A stretch of DNA of 64,000 bases, from the NCBI RefSeq assembly GCF_009914755.1, contig NC_060925.1; one strand, given 5' to 3'. Shown piece after piece: positions 1-13,300 of the stretch. Numbering within the stretch: the first letter of the stretch is position 1; each line of letters starts with the position of its first letter. Source of the stretch: the human T2T-CHM13v2.0 reference genome, Homo sapiens. The notes below the pieces were generated by a model. That model did not search any database. It worked only from the letters and a program-made list of their open reading frames with translations, and had not been told where the DNA came from. Both the position numbers and the translations under genes were made by a program.

Positions 1-528
1 TCCACGAAGGTGCTGCTGTGTCTCCATCTCAGGAGGCCAAGATAGACATTCTCCTCACTTGAGAGTGGACAGCACGGTTGGTCCAGACCCCTGGGCCAGC
101 AGTAATGGGCAGAGGTGGGGGTGGGTTTGAGGACAAGGCCTGCAAATGTGGGTGCGGCTGCATTTAAATGATTCCCAGACTGTGTTTGGTCTTCAAACTG
201 GGTACCCCGCCCCCACACATCCTCCAGCTCCATGGAAGATACAGGAAGTGTTGATGTAATTGGGGAGATCTCAAACGCACCCACCCACCCTCCCATCCAC
301 ATACTCTGCCTCGTCTGCGCAGGGCTCCCAGTCAAGGGCAGGCAGGCACACACCAAGATGATACCCAATGCATCCAGGAGGACCCTCTCCCATCCTGCCT
401 GGTCTCTGCCTGGACCCTCATGGCCACAGAAACTAGGCTGAGAGTGAGGCAAGCACACTTGCATGTTGTAGGGATGATAATCCCAGCAGGCAAGAAACAA
501 GTGAAAACCATCAGTGTCTGTCAAAAAT

Positions 529-534
529 TTTATT
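529..534 (-). terminator. Distal polyadenylation signal AATAAA
   Basis: Plus-strand TTTATT at 529-534. On the minus strand, UGUA elements lie upstream (611-721) and U/GU-rich sequence lies downstream (gatggttttcacttgtttcttg). Confidence 0.75.
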
Positions 535-610
535 TTTTTCATATCACACAGAATGATGTTAAAATAAATCCCCAGTAATATATATTTATATACTTATTTA
601 CTTGTGTCAA

Positions 611-721
611 TATTTACAAAAGACTGTGGAGCTCTATGAAGTCTATGTACACCCATGATCAGGTGGACAGGCAATGTTCATTGAGGCACATATGTACACA
701 TATATGTATAACCTATGTACA
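611..721 (-). promoter_or_regulatory. Cluster of four Pumilio response elements (UGUAHAUA)
   Basis: Plus-strand TATTTACA 611-618 and TATGTACA at 644-651, 691-698 and 714-721. Confidence 0.65.
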
Positions 722-827
722 AATATCAGACCCTACTGACACAGGAACTCTCAGCTGCAGAAGTCCTGGGTGGGGCAGTGTTGGTGGGGCTGAAAGCTTC
801 CAGAATATGTCAGCAAGAATGATAATA

Positions 828-863
828 TCAATACATCCTGTGCAATGTAGTTACAGCTGGTGT
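828..863 (-). CDS. KCNA2: Terminal coding segment of the truncated KCNA2 isoform (TPAVTTLHRMY-stop)
   Basis: Acceptor tttaactatttgtttgcttcttgaaaatttAG|ACA at 863, with TGA at 830-828. 298+47+11 = 356 aa. Confidence 0.8.
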   Translation of the reverse strand, partial: TPAVTTLHRMY

Positions 864-1210
864 CTAAATTTTCAAGAAGCAAACAAATAGTTAAATGACT
901 CCCAACTCCCATGAGTCTTCCCCGCAAGTCCTGCTCCGCCTTCAGCTCTCATTGGTCCCCAGCCTCTTATCACCATGGAGACCCCAGTTCCCTTTCGGCA
1001 TCATCCTTACGAAGCTTTACCATCAGCCTTGGAGTTCCTTCTGCTATTGATCCCAAGGAGGCTTATTTATCTACCTCTTTGAGTTTTCAGCAATTATTAG
1101 AGACAGGACATGGGAGGGCAGCTGAAGATTCATGCACAAGCAGCAAGGAAGCCAGTGCAAACCCTAACTGGAGTCTGTGCTGCATGAGCCTAAGTGAGTG
1201 GCGGCCATTT

Positions 1211-1211
1211 C

Positions 1212-1265
<54 letters not shown>

Positions 1266-1298
1266 GTGTGTATATATATACACACACACATCACACAC
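1211..1298. repeat. Compound microsatellite (CT)n(TA)n(TG)n(TA)n(CA)n
   Basis: Read directly. Contains a perfect 26-bp palindrome at 1263-1288. Confidence 0.95.
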
Positions 1299-3256
1299 AA
1301 TATAAAGTCTCCAGAGGCAGCCTATATAAGCACATAAGCACACAGGTCTGGAAAAGGAAATAGCATCCTCCACTCATGAGCTTTACAGCTATGTCCCTGA
1401 TGAAAACTAGAGAATCTTCCTTGATTGCTGGCACCATTAATCGCAACTGTTCCAAGATTATCCTTAGTGGAGAGAGGGGTGCAGGGATGCAGAAAACCAG
1501 GAAGAGGCCAATTTGGCTGGGGTATTGTTTGCTCAGCAGGCTAGAGCTTGATCATGGGACTTTCCAGCTTCCTGGGGCCCTTCAAATGAAGGAACCATCC
1601 AAGCACGACAACAAAAGGAAACTGGGTCGCTGGATCCCACGTGAAGGCAGAACTGGGGCAAGCACAGAGCATGTTCAAACCCTCAGGAGCTGAGACTCAC
1701 CCCCGCCAAAGCCAGCCAGGCCTCTCTTCTTGCTTTTCTATCCCATTTCTTAGCCTGGAGCTGATGTGCTCCTTTCCAGCCCCACCTGGCAGGTCAAAGT
1801 CCTTGCCCTACACTTCATAGGCTAAAAAGGCAGTAATGTTAGCAGCTGACATGGAAATTGTTTGGTAGCAAAGTGCGCCCCTGAATATTCTCTTCCTCCC
1901 AGCTCCTCCTATTGCTTTCTCTAGCAGCCCAGAGCATTTATTCACTCATACAAACAAGGCATTCGGTGTCTAGGGAATCATTTTCAAGGAGAAGCAGGGC
2001 TTAGAGGCCTCTCACAGAGACTCAGAAAGACACCAGACTGAGTCCTCTGGATAGCTACCAAGGGTCCTAGCACACAGCCACATCTACACTGCCCTCAATG
2101 ATCTAGATGTTGCAGTAGCTGTCCACATTATTACATAATCATGCCCTGTGCATCCATCAGTGGAATGATGCAGGGAGTTCTCAGCTGCAAACTCATCTGG
2201 AACATATTAGACTATTTTAGGAGTGCAGAGGAGCACAGAAAGTTATATCCATTTCCATGCTGAGGTTCATGAAGTACAAGAAGTAGCCATCCAGACAGGC
2301 CACCTCAACTGCCTCAGTGCACCAGCTGGTCATGTCAAGTCTGGGTTATGGGCTTCTGCTGCCTGATCACAACTAACATAGCCAGACTGGAGGGCTTCTG
2401 TGGGTGTGGGGAGATGGCAGACACCCCTGCACCACTTCAATTGCTCCAGATACAGTGAAAAATCCCTCCCACTCCCATCTAGGTAGAAAGCAACAGTCAA
2501 ATGCAAGAGGTGAGGCTGAGAGAAACTGTCTTCCATGGATCTAACACACTAGCAGGCAAGAGGGAGAATGAGAGCAGGTTTTAGCTTGCATCCAGCTGTT
2601 TCTTGAGTGATGTGTACAGCTTACCCCCAAAGAGGCAACTGAATTTCAGCTGCTCTAATACCCACACCCTCAACTTAGGTTTAGTCATAATAAAAAACAG
2701 AATGGATTTGTTAGTTCCATTGATTGCCACAAACCTCACCTTCTGTGTGGCAGAGATGTGCTTTAGTTCTTCATTGGAATGTTACTTTCAGATCTCACAA
2801 ACCTCAAACCTAGGGCACCACCAATGACAAAGAGAATGCTAAATAGATAAATCCTTTGCCAGGTCTTCAAGCTTTCCACTCCCCTCGAGTACAAAGTTTG
2901 GAATAACTTTTCTGATCCTCAGTGATGAGGTTATAGCCAACCAGGGCAGACAGAAGAAAGGCTAAAGCACCTGGCTGTTAGATCAGACTTCCCTTTTATC
3001 CCTGAGTCAGGCAGCCACCTGGGAGGGAAAGGAAAGAGGTGATCCTGTAGCCTGTTCTTTTTTTATGAAAGATCTGCCTTCTAGAGAGGTCCCTAAGCAG
3101 AAAAAAAAAGAGTAGAACTGGAGAGGTGAAAAGAATGCAAAGGAGGTCATTCAAAAAATGCACATAAATGCAGTTTATTCCTTGGATTGCCAAATTTATT
3201 CCACATAAGTGAAACTAAGGAGATTGGTCAATGTATAATTCTATAATTTAAAAATA

Positions 3257-3317
3257 GTATACATATATACATATACTATATATATATATATATACACACA
3301 TAAATATATGTATATAT
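3257..3317. repeat. Imperfect (TA)n microsatellite
   Basis: Read directly. Confidence 0.85.
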
Positions 3318-4733
3318 GGAAAACCTCTAAAAACTCAGGACCAATTAACCAAAACCTCGATTGACAAGAATTATGTTTTCTTACTATCCTTTCAGTAGAA
3401 AGAGGCAAATGACAGCAAGGGCTCCGATGAGCCAGGATGTGCCCCAGTGGCCCATTTCCAGGCCTGTCTTGTAGCCAGCAGCCATTCAGCCTGTCTCTTT
3501 GGTCTTCTCTACCTATGTCCACTACTGTACAATAAGCATTGAGGTTTACAATGTTGACCCTGAGCAAGGCAAGGTCCCTGTTATCTTCAAACACTCTACT
3601 TAACTAAGGCAGGAAAGTTATGCTAACCTACTTAGGAAATATTTTTCTCAATAACAAAGGTTGAACCAGACATGCTTTCCCATTCCCACTCAAATAACCA
3701 AAATTGCAAAGCAATCAGGATGTTCCTGTCCCTGAGGTTTCCCCATCAGTTAACTGAGGTTTTGCTGTACATATGTGTATAGAGCAAGGTAGATCAAAAA
3801 AGGATGGAATGGGACCCTGGGGTTGCCAGCCTTCCCTGATTGTCCAGTCTGAACATTTAAGCTCACAGATGTTAGGAAAGGGGACTCTTCTGAAGCCCCT
3901 GGCTATGTGTGCAAATATTTGTGCAGCTGCACACTCTAGCGGGTGGTAGAGTCTTTATTTCACTAATGTCATGCCCTAACCACCCAAACTTCTATCCCTG
4001 TAGACTTCTACTGAAACCCACAAGAACCTGCTTCCTTCTGCAGCTCTCACGGAGTCCCTTTGGTTGAGCAAGTCAGCTTATTTTGAAAGAGAGTCAGAGG
4101 GCAATTCCCAAATCTGCCCAGGCTACTGATCCCAAGTGCAAACCTCCAGGCCACATTCCCTCAGCATCCGTCTCCCTGGGGAAGGGAGAAGGGGAAGCAA
4201 AAGGATCAAGTAATGGCTTTTAGTGCATGGAAATGATCTTCTGTAATGGCTCAGGATGCTTTATTCTTATCTATTGGGAAGTGCTTTCGTGTAGGCTTCC
4301 ATTACATCTGCCAGACTGAGGGAAAGTCAACAAAATGGGCTGAAAAGGTCACACAAACTTAGGATTTTCATGCCTAGAGGTTGTAAGGATGCTGTATGAC
4401 AGCAGGCAGAAATGGGGAGACAGAGGGAGAGGGGACAGAGACACACATGGAGACAGAGAGGTGCACACAGGAAGGAGACAGAGTGACAAAGCCCTCTCAC
4501 AGGCCTTCCTTGTGCATACACTGCATCTTAGCATATGTGTCCATTCCAGAAGGAGGTCAGATCTCAAGAGGACAGGAGTCATGTGAACACGTGGGAAGAA
4601 GAAGAAACTACAGAGACTGTGAATGAGCCCCCAGAAGTCAAGGGCATTATCTGATAATCCAGGTACTATCTATCACTTTTCAGTCCTGAGAGCAAGATTT
4701 TGAAAGAGCTATTGCTAAAGAAAACAGTCACTA

Positions 4734-4745
4734 TTTATTTTATTG
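4734..4745 (-). terminator. Candidate internal tandem poly(A) signal (AATAAA x2)
   Basis: TTTATT at 4734-4739 and 4740-4745. The minus strand continues tagtgactgttttcttt. Confidence 0.5.
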
Positions 4746-7129
4746 CACTTTTCCTCTTTAAAAATATTCAAACACAAACTATGAGAGATGAAGCTGAGAT
4801 TTGGTGGGAAGGGAAGCAGAAAAAAAGGAAAAGTAAACTAGGTTAGTTTGAGGAAGAGAACCTTCCTGCATGTAGGGGAGCCCCTACCTCCATCTGTCCC
4901 TGCTGGTTGCTTTGATAGGGGAACAGGGTTGGACTCAACAAGGGCTAAGTCTGAAGATATAGATGATGGTCACAATAGCTACTGAGAGAGCTCCCAGCAT
5001 CCCCCTCTCTGCGCGTTGGCTCAGGTGACTGATGATGTTAATGAGGTTAAGGTCATGAGTTCAAACCCGGCAATGGATACCTTGCCAAGGCTAGGGGAAC
5101 CTCCATTGTGCAACCAAGGAGCACCATGGATATTATAGCCCTCGCAGATGAGGCGGCCATCACCCACATACAAGTTATTATGACAATGGGCCCCAGGAAA
5201 GCTCTGGGGAGCAGAGCTCAGCACCATCATCCCCTCTCTTGAGTAAACAAGTCAAAGCACTGTGCTCCCCTGCCTGACATAGGGGTAGTGGTGCCACCTT
5301 CATATGCAATTTGCACACTGTTCTATAGTTTCCTTAGGGGGGAGTCAGCCTCTGTGACTCTACTACTGTGGGCAGTGCTGAATCCCCAGCCTGAGGAGCT
5401 TCAGAGGGTGCTGTCCTCTCTCCACATGGGTTGATACTGATAGAGTCCTCACTATAATATAGTGAGAGATCCAGGAAGAATAGGTAGAACAAGCTAGTCC
5501 TGGGCCCTCCCAACACGGAGCAGCAACATGAACACCCAGGCTGGGGTCTCAGGCCATCATAGCTTCCATGGGAGCCCTTTCCATACTAGGCTAACGCAAT
5601 CTAGAGGCACACTCCCGTGGGGCCCCTTTTAAAAGGCTAACCTCATGGTGACATGCCAACACTAGCCTCAGAAACACAGGTGAGAGGGACAGAGGCAAGC
5701 AGAGAAGAAGGAAGAGAGCATGTCAAATATTACTGAAGTTTCAGAAAGCACAGAGCCTTAATTATTTTCTTAATTAAATGTTGGCTCCTAAAAAGTTTAC
5801 TCTGAAATTTGACCCACTCAGCCACTCTCTCTTCCTGACAATCTCTCCACCTTTCCTGGGCCTATTCCTTTTCGGTCTCCTGAAAACTCCAAGTTTCTTG
5901 AAAATGAATCCACAGAGGCACTTGATGAAGCCAACAGGAATGGTACCTTGACCTGGAAACACAAGTTTCCAGCAATGCACACCTTTTGGACCCATATGTC
6001 CATTCCCTACTGTTGTTACCTTTTCTGTAGAGACTGGGAGCTGCGACCATCACTGGAAGGGAGAGTGAGACACAACGGGATGGCTGCAGGAGCAGAAATC
6101 AGGAGTGAGGCCTGATCCAAAGCCTGACTGCAACTCTTTACTTCCGATGTAGGTGAAGCCTTTGCTAAAATGCACTCAGCTCTCAGCTAGTCCTACTTAG
6201 GGGAAGAACCAGCTCCAAGAGTAATCCAAAATGGTGGGTAATCTTAGAAAGTATTTAAATATGGCCTTAGAATATAGGATAAAGTCAGGCCCTCTAAAAA
6301 GTGTTAGCTTGCTTAGCCTTAGATGTATGTTCTTAATCACTTTTTACTTAAGCTGAACTGGGTTGCATAGCAATTGGATGGGAGGCAGGGCATCCAGGGG
6401 AGCCCAACAAGAGGAAAAGGAAGAGCGTGCCCGGGATTGAACACACCCAGAGGGGAATCAGGAGTTGGCCCCTTTGGGCTTATGCACAAGAGCAAGTGAA
6501 ATGCCACAAGCAAGTAAAGGTGGCTCATTTTAAGAGACAGGTCTCTATAGGGTCTCAACTTCCTGACCGTGCCCCCAACAAAGCTGCAAAGGATGGAAGG
6601 GCAATAAAATCTGTGGGCTTAGAGAATGTTGGGGACATCTTTACCCTGGTCCTGGGCTCAAGATCCTGCAGTTTCTTGAGCCATTACTGCTTTTAAGAGA
6701 ATAGGGCTGAATCTGGAGATCCCAGGTGCTAGGAGAAGGGGAGCCTGGGCTATTGGGTTGTCTGTGCGGATTTGCTGGAAGGAAGGAAGGGTCATGGCAA
6801 GGAGGCCTATATTAGGCTACCAGCTGTCCCAGGTACTTTCACACCCTGCACCCAGGTTTCTGGTGGGAGGAAGGTGAATTGGTAGAGACCCCATGCAATT
6901 CCTGGTCTTAGTCAGATATCTGCTTGATGTGGTGGCCCATCCTCCTGCTTGAAACCTAGGAGTTACTTCTCAGGAGTGAAATCTGGTAGTGAGAGAAAAG
7001 AATAGAGAAAGAGATTCCTTGAAAGATCCTGGGGGATATAGACACAGGCCAGGCAAAGGTGATTACATCTGATCTTTTGTTTGTGCCTGTTAATTCATAG
7101 CTCTGGGGGCAGGGCAATGGGTCTGAGTA

Positions 7130-7560
7130 TATGTCTGCATTTCATGTGTATTGTGCGATATTTTTGGGCATGTGTGCTATGTATCTTGTATGCCTATTAT
7201 AAGTTAATGCATCGTGTGTATATACTGAGTTTGTGTGTATTTTATGTGTAGAAACAATGGTAAAGTAGCCTTTGTGTATCTTATATGCATATGCATTTTG
7301 TCCATGTAGTTTTTTATGTATTTTGCATCTGAGTTTCAGGTTGTATATTTGTATGTGGTGTATGTTTGTCTTTTGTGTATGTTCTGTGTAAATTCTATAT
7401 CTGTGCAGAGTGTGCATTTTATATACAATTATAACCATATATCTTCTGTGTTTGCTTTTATGTTAACCTGGTCTGTCTGTATTTTGCACGTTACATGTTT
7501 TATGTTTGTGTGTGACAACAGTGTACCTATTTTGTGGTGAATGTGCATGACTGTATGTGA
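7130..7560. repeat. Degenerate TG/TA-rich low-complexity tract (CA-rich on the mRNA strand)
   Basis: About 430 bp dominated by tgtg/tatg/tttg motifs. Confidence 0.7.
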
Positions 7561-8720
7561 ACATTTTAGAGTCCTGGGCCAAGGACACTGTGATAAGATA
7601 TCTATCCCTGACCTAGGCCTCAGATATGGGTTGCTTTACCTTCTATTTTCCAAAGATCTGTGTCCCTCCCACCCCATGCCTTGGAAATTCAGCACCACCT
7701 CCCATGAAGGAGAGGAAGAGAAGCACAGAGGCTTTGTGCTGGGCATGGGATGCCCTGCAGATACCTGGGGATGTGGGTGACCAGGCACTAATGAGCACCC
7801 TGGGCCTAGCACCCTGAGCTGGTGCCCCATGCCCCAAGACAACTGTAGGTGCTAACTAGGCAGCAGTGAGGCCTGGGCTGGAGCTACCCCTGCATAGCCC
7901 GACCCCTGCAATTCACTGTTTGGGAAAATTAAGCTACTCCGTCAAAAGGCAAAGACGCCCAGTCTGGTGAGTTAAAAGCCCCCTACCTGAAGCCATTTCA
8001 GGGTCAACCTACTGTCTACCTTTAGGCTGTGCAGTGCTCATTTGCACTCTACTTCTTCTGGGGGGTGGGAAATGATTCTTTACCCATCCTTTGGTTCTTT
8101 TTAAAAAGCAGCTCTGGTTGCCAGTTTAATGGGGAGAGAGTTTGGGTCTGGAGATCAAAATGATGCCTTTGGATCATCTAGGGACTCCATCACTTAGTCC
8201 CGGACTTCAGACATTTCCACATAGAGGAGGCTCCCTTTAGGTCCAGATCAGTGGAATTTGGTCCCAGGGAGTCCTACTCCTTGGTGTCCTTGGTTTCAAA
8301 GCAGGGGATCCATTCTGGCTCTTTAGCGAAAGGTTTGTGAAAGTGACGGATGCAGAGCCAAATGATAATAAGATCCAAGTGGCAAGGGAAGAGGTGAAAA
8401 TGGAGATGATGAACAGGATGAACTGTAGAGAGGAGGCCCGGGGTGGGTCTGGCCCAGGACAGCTGGAACTGTGAGGGCCACAGGGCCCTTGTGCACTCAG
8501 TAAGACAAGCTTCAGCCATGGGAACTGAAGCTGCAGCACATGGAGGGCAGAAAGACAATTCTAACGTCTAGGAATCCATGGATACCGGAGTGTCTGAGGC
8601 AATGGCAGCAAACCCAGGCCCAGTGGGGTTACCAATGAGACAAATTAACCCATTAGGCCTCTTAGACAGCCAACCCACCAAGCAGTGGATTTGCTCCTGA
8701 ACCTGAACTCCAGAAAATGA

Positions 8721-8775
<55 letters not shown>

Positions 8776-8807
8776 CATATACACACATATGTATGTATAT
8801 ATATACA
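8721..8807. repeat. (AT)9(GT)17 compound microsatellite
   Basis: (AT) 8721-8738 and (GT) 8739-8772, followed by mixed TA/CA. Confidence 0.95.
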
Positions 8808-8972
8808 CCCTAGTGCACATAGTCAAACACATGCATAAATTGCCCTGTGTCAAAAATATTGCATAAGCTTGTACAATGTTCAAATGCAATTTCTTTTCTA
8901 TCACTAGCTAGGTAGAGGAACGCGTGAAAGAGAGATACTCGATATATATTTATATACACTGGATCCACAGAC

Positions 8973-9113
8973 CTGCCTGTCATCAGGACCAGATGCCCTG
9001 GTCCACTGTACAGTCATGCCCGCGACTAGGTTAATTCCTAAGGTGCAGTCATGTGAGGTGTTCAGATGCTGCCTTCCCCGCTTACTCTTCTGGCTTTGCA
9101 GAGGTCTGCGTTC
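8973..9113 (-). CDS. KCNA2: Alternative coding exon (141 nt, 47 codons) of the truncated KCNA2 isoform, inside the 3'UTR of the main isoform
   Basis: Acceptor ccctgttcttctaaacAG|GAA at 9113 and donor CAG|GTctgt at 8973. Encodes ERRPLQSQKSKRGRQHLNTSHDCTLGINLVAGMTVQWTRASGPDDRQ, in phase with the internal donor at 10832. Matches my recollection of the annotated 356-aa isoform. Confidence 0.85.
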
Positions 9114-10225
9114 CTGTTTAGAAGAACAGGGATAGGTAGGCTGGGGGGCCAGAAGTTTTAGTTCCATTCCAAATAGTCTATTTTTTTTCCCCTGATGGAG
9201 GGATTTTTGCCTTCTGATGGGAAAAAAACCCCTAGTTCAAGACCATTCCAAGCCTATTAATACTCTAAATATTAATACTGTGTAGGCTACTAGGAAAATA
9301 GGTTATCTCCTGTGTTTTAAATATTGAGATTCATGCAACAAACACCCATGCAGCTCTATTGCATCACTGGTAAATTTCACTGCAGTGTCAGTGTAGCTGG
9401 GCCACATCAGTGGGAAAGCAGATGTCTGCAAACTCCAGTAAGAAACCAGACATGTTTTTGTGACCCTGGAGCCTGCAAAAATGGTGAAATCAGAGGCTTA
9501 GAGGTCTGTTGGTTTGTTAGCTTCTCCCCATAGGCCTAAGGGAACAAATGTGAAACTTGACAACTCATATTCGGTCATACTAACTGTCCCTCCCCCGGGC
9601 TTCCCTCACATCGACACTGCAGAGAAAAAGCAGAATGCAGCATTTTCCGTTATGAAACACAAGCCTCCAGAGCATCTACTTGGCAACTGCAATTCACAAA
9701 CTCCAGCCTGTGACACAGAAAGTAATTCCAACACACAGGACTGTGTGTTCTTTTCAATGCAAAAATGAGTATGACCTTTTGAACAAACACCAGCTATTTA
9801 AAGCTAAGCCATGATTGTGTTCCTCTGTGAAAGGGCAGGTGGGCTCAAATAAGGTGGTGGGATGGTGGGGAGGGGAGTGCATCTCTTGGATGTTGTGTGC
9901 ATTTCATTAGGAAGGAATGATGGCACTGATATGGTGCACTGTGTATGGGATATGAGGTGGCCTCAACGTGTCTATCTGAAATCCTAGCTTGATAGGTGAC
10001 TCCCGTCTTTGGAAGTTCATAAGCCGGTGATGAGGATGTGCATGAAAGCCATGATAGATATTCTGTGTTCTAAATCAAAAGTCAAAAGATCAAAAGTCAC
10101 TTGCACAACTATTGCTTTCCATGCAGAACCAGATACACACTGTAGAACACACTGACTACAATGCAGGCTATTATGCAACATCTGCATTAGTTCCATTGAG
10201 CTGTGAGTACGGTAATAGGTTTCAA

Positions 10226-11888
<1,663 letters not shown>

Positions 11889-12333
11889 CTGAAAGACAGA
11901 GGCAGTTATTGACATGAGGCTACTCAGCATTGGCAGCCTGACCTGGGTTGCCACTTTTTGTCTCCCATCTCTCAGCCAAGAGTTCAGACACATGATCACC
12001 ACCACCACAACGACAAAGCAAAATTTACTTTCACCTTGTAACTTGTCTGGGGATCAGGGGGAGCAGGTAGCAATCTCTCCAGGAACCTCTGGAATGCCCT
12101 GCATTGGGGGAAGGTGGCTGGTACAGGCCCGCTTGTAGCACACAGGCTTCATGGAGCATAACCCCATGCTAATAGGTTAAAAGTGGACCCTCTCCCAGGT
12201 GCTGCACTAATGTCTCAGATACTCATGCCCAGGGAGGTATTCATGGTTGGGGAGCTTGGGCCTGGGTCTTTCTCATTGGCCTCCACCCCAGTGATTCTAC
12301 ACAAGGCTGTTATTAAATGATAGATTGATTTAC

Positions 12334-12665
12334 CTGACCAGAGACGTGAAGCTCTCTTCCTTGCAGAGCTGATCAGATGCTGCAGGAATCTGAGATGCAC
12401 CAACAGGCAGCCCAACTCCTCATCACGTCTTCTCACTCGAGCTAGAAATAATGGTGAGTCATTCTGGGCAGAAGGGCAGACTCTGGGTCCTGGAGGTGAG
12501 CTCTAGGATTGGGCTGGGCTGGAGGGGCGGTGAGGTGCCTGGCCAGGGGCATGCGGGACTTGAAGACAGCCGAGCATGGGCCTGGAGCCTTTTGAAGGAA
12601 GGAGGCAAGATGCAAAGCTCAGCAAAAGCTGGAGTCCTGGCTGTCCTCAGGAGGTGTGACGTTGC
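12334..12665 (-). other. KCNA2: Non-coding 5'UTR exon 2 (332 nt)
   Basis: Acceptor gctgtttttttccAG|GCAAC at 12665 and donor CAG|GTAAAT at 12334. Confidence 0.8.
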
Positions 12666-13170
12666 CTGGAAAAAAACAGCAGCAAGGTGGAACCAGGGCA
12701 TTTGAACCAGCTGGTGCCAAGATTTAGGAGGGTCTGGCAGCTTCCCTCATGGGAGGTAACAGGCCCCCATGCCCATCCTCTATTCTGATGCCAGGCCTGA
12801 GGACTATCCCTCAGCCTCCTTGCCTCTTCTGGGCAGGCTTCCCATCAGCTTGAAGCATTTTCTCCCAGGGAGCAAGACTCAGGCTTGGCTGGGCCTGCCT
12901 TCTCCAGGGGCCTCCCTGGGTTGATCCAGGTTGCTAGTCCCCAGCTGCTCTCAGGAAGGACTCTGGAAGAAGCACTCCTACCCCCACATGTCAGGACACA
13001 GCAGCTCCCAAGAGGAGGGCTTAGCTCACTGCAGCCTGTCTACAAGCTCTGACCTCAGCCAGTCCTGGAAAAGAAGCACCCCACCCCCCAGCACACACAC
13101 TCCTTCAGAGCGCATCTAGGGAGACCCCACACAACAAAGTCTGCACTGTACGAAAACTGGATGAACTTAC

Positions 13171-13300
13171 TCTCCCTCCGGGATCCCTGGGCCGCAGGCC
13201 TCCCTCTGAGCCGGGTGGCATTTGAGCTGGGCAGGCGCTCGACCACTGATTTCTCCCCCAAGAGAAAATCCCTCACATCTCCTCGGCAGGGAGCACAGAA
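13171..13300 (-). other. KCNA2: Non-coding first exon (5' boundary approximate)
   Basis: Donor AGA|GTAAGT at 13171, at the edge of the CpG island. The TSS cannot be read from sequence. Confidence 0.65.

Larger units (their letters stand above)
510..10225 (-). other. KCNA2: Very long (~9.7 kb) 3'UTR of KCNA2
   Basis: Runs from the stop codon to an AATAAA at 534-529 preceded by several UGUA elements. No Alu or L1 seen. The exact cleavage site cannot be determined from sequence. Confidence 0.75.
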
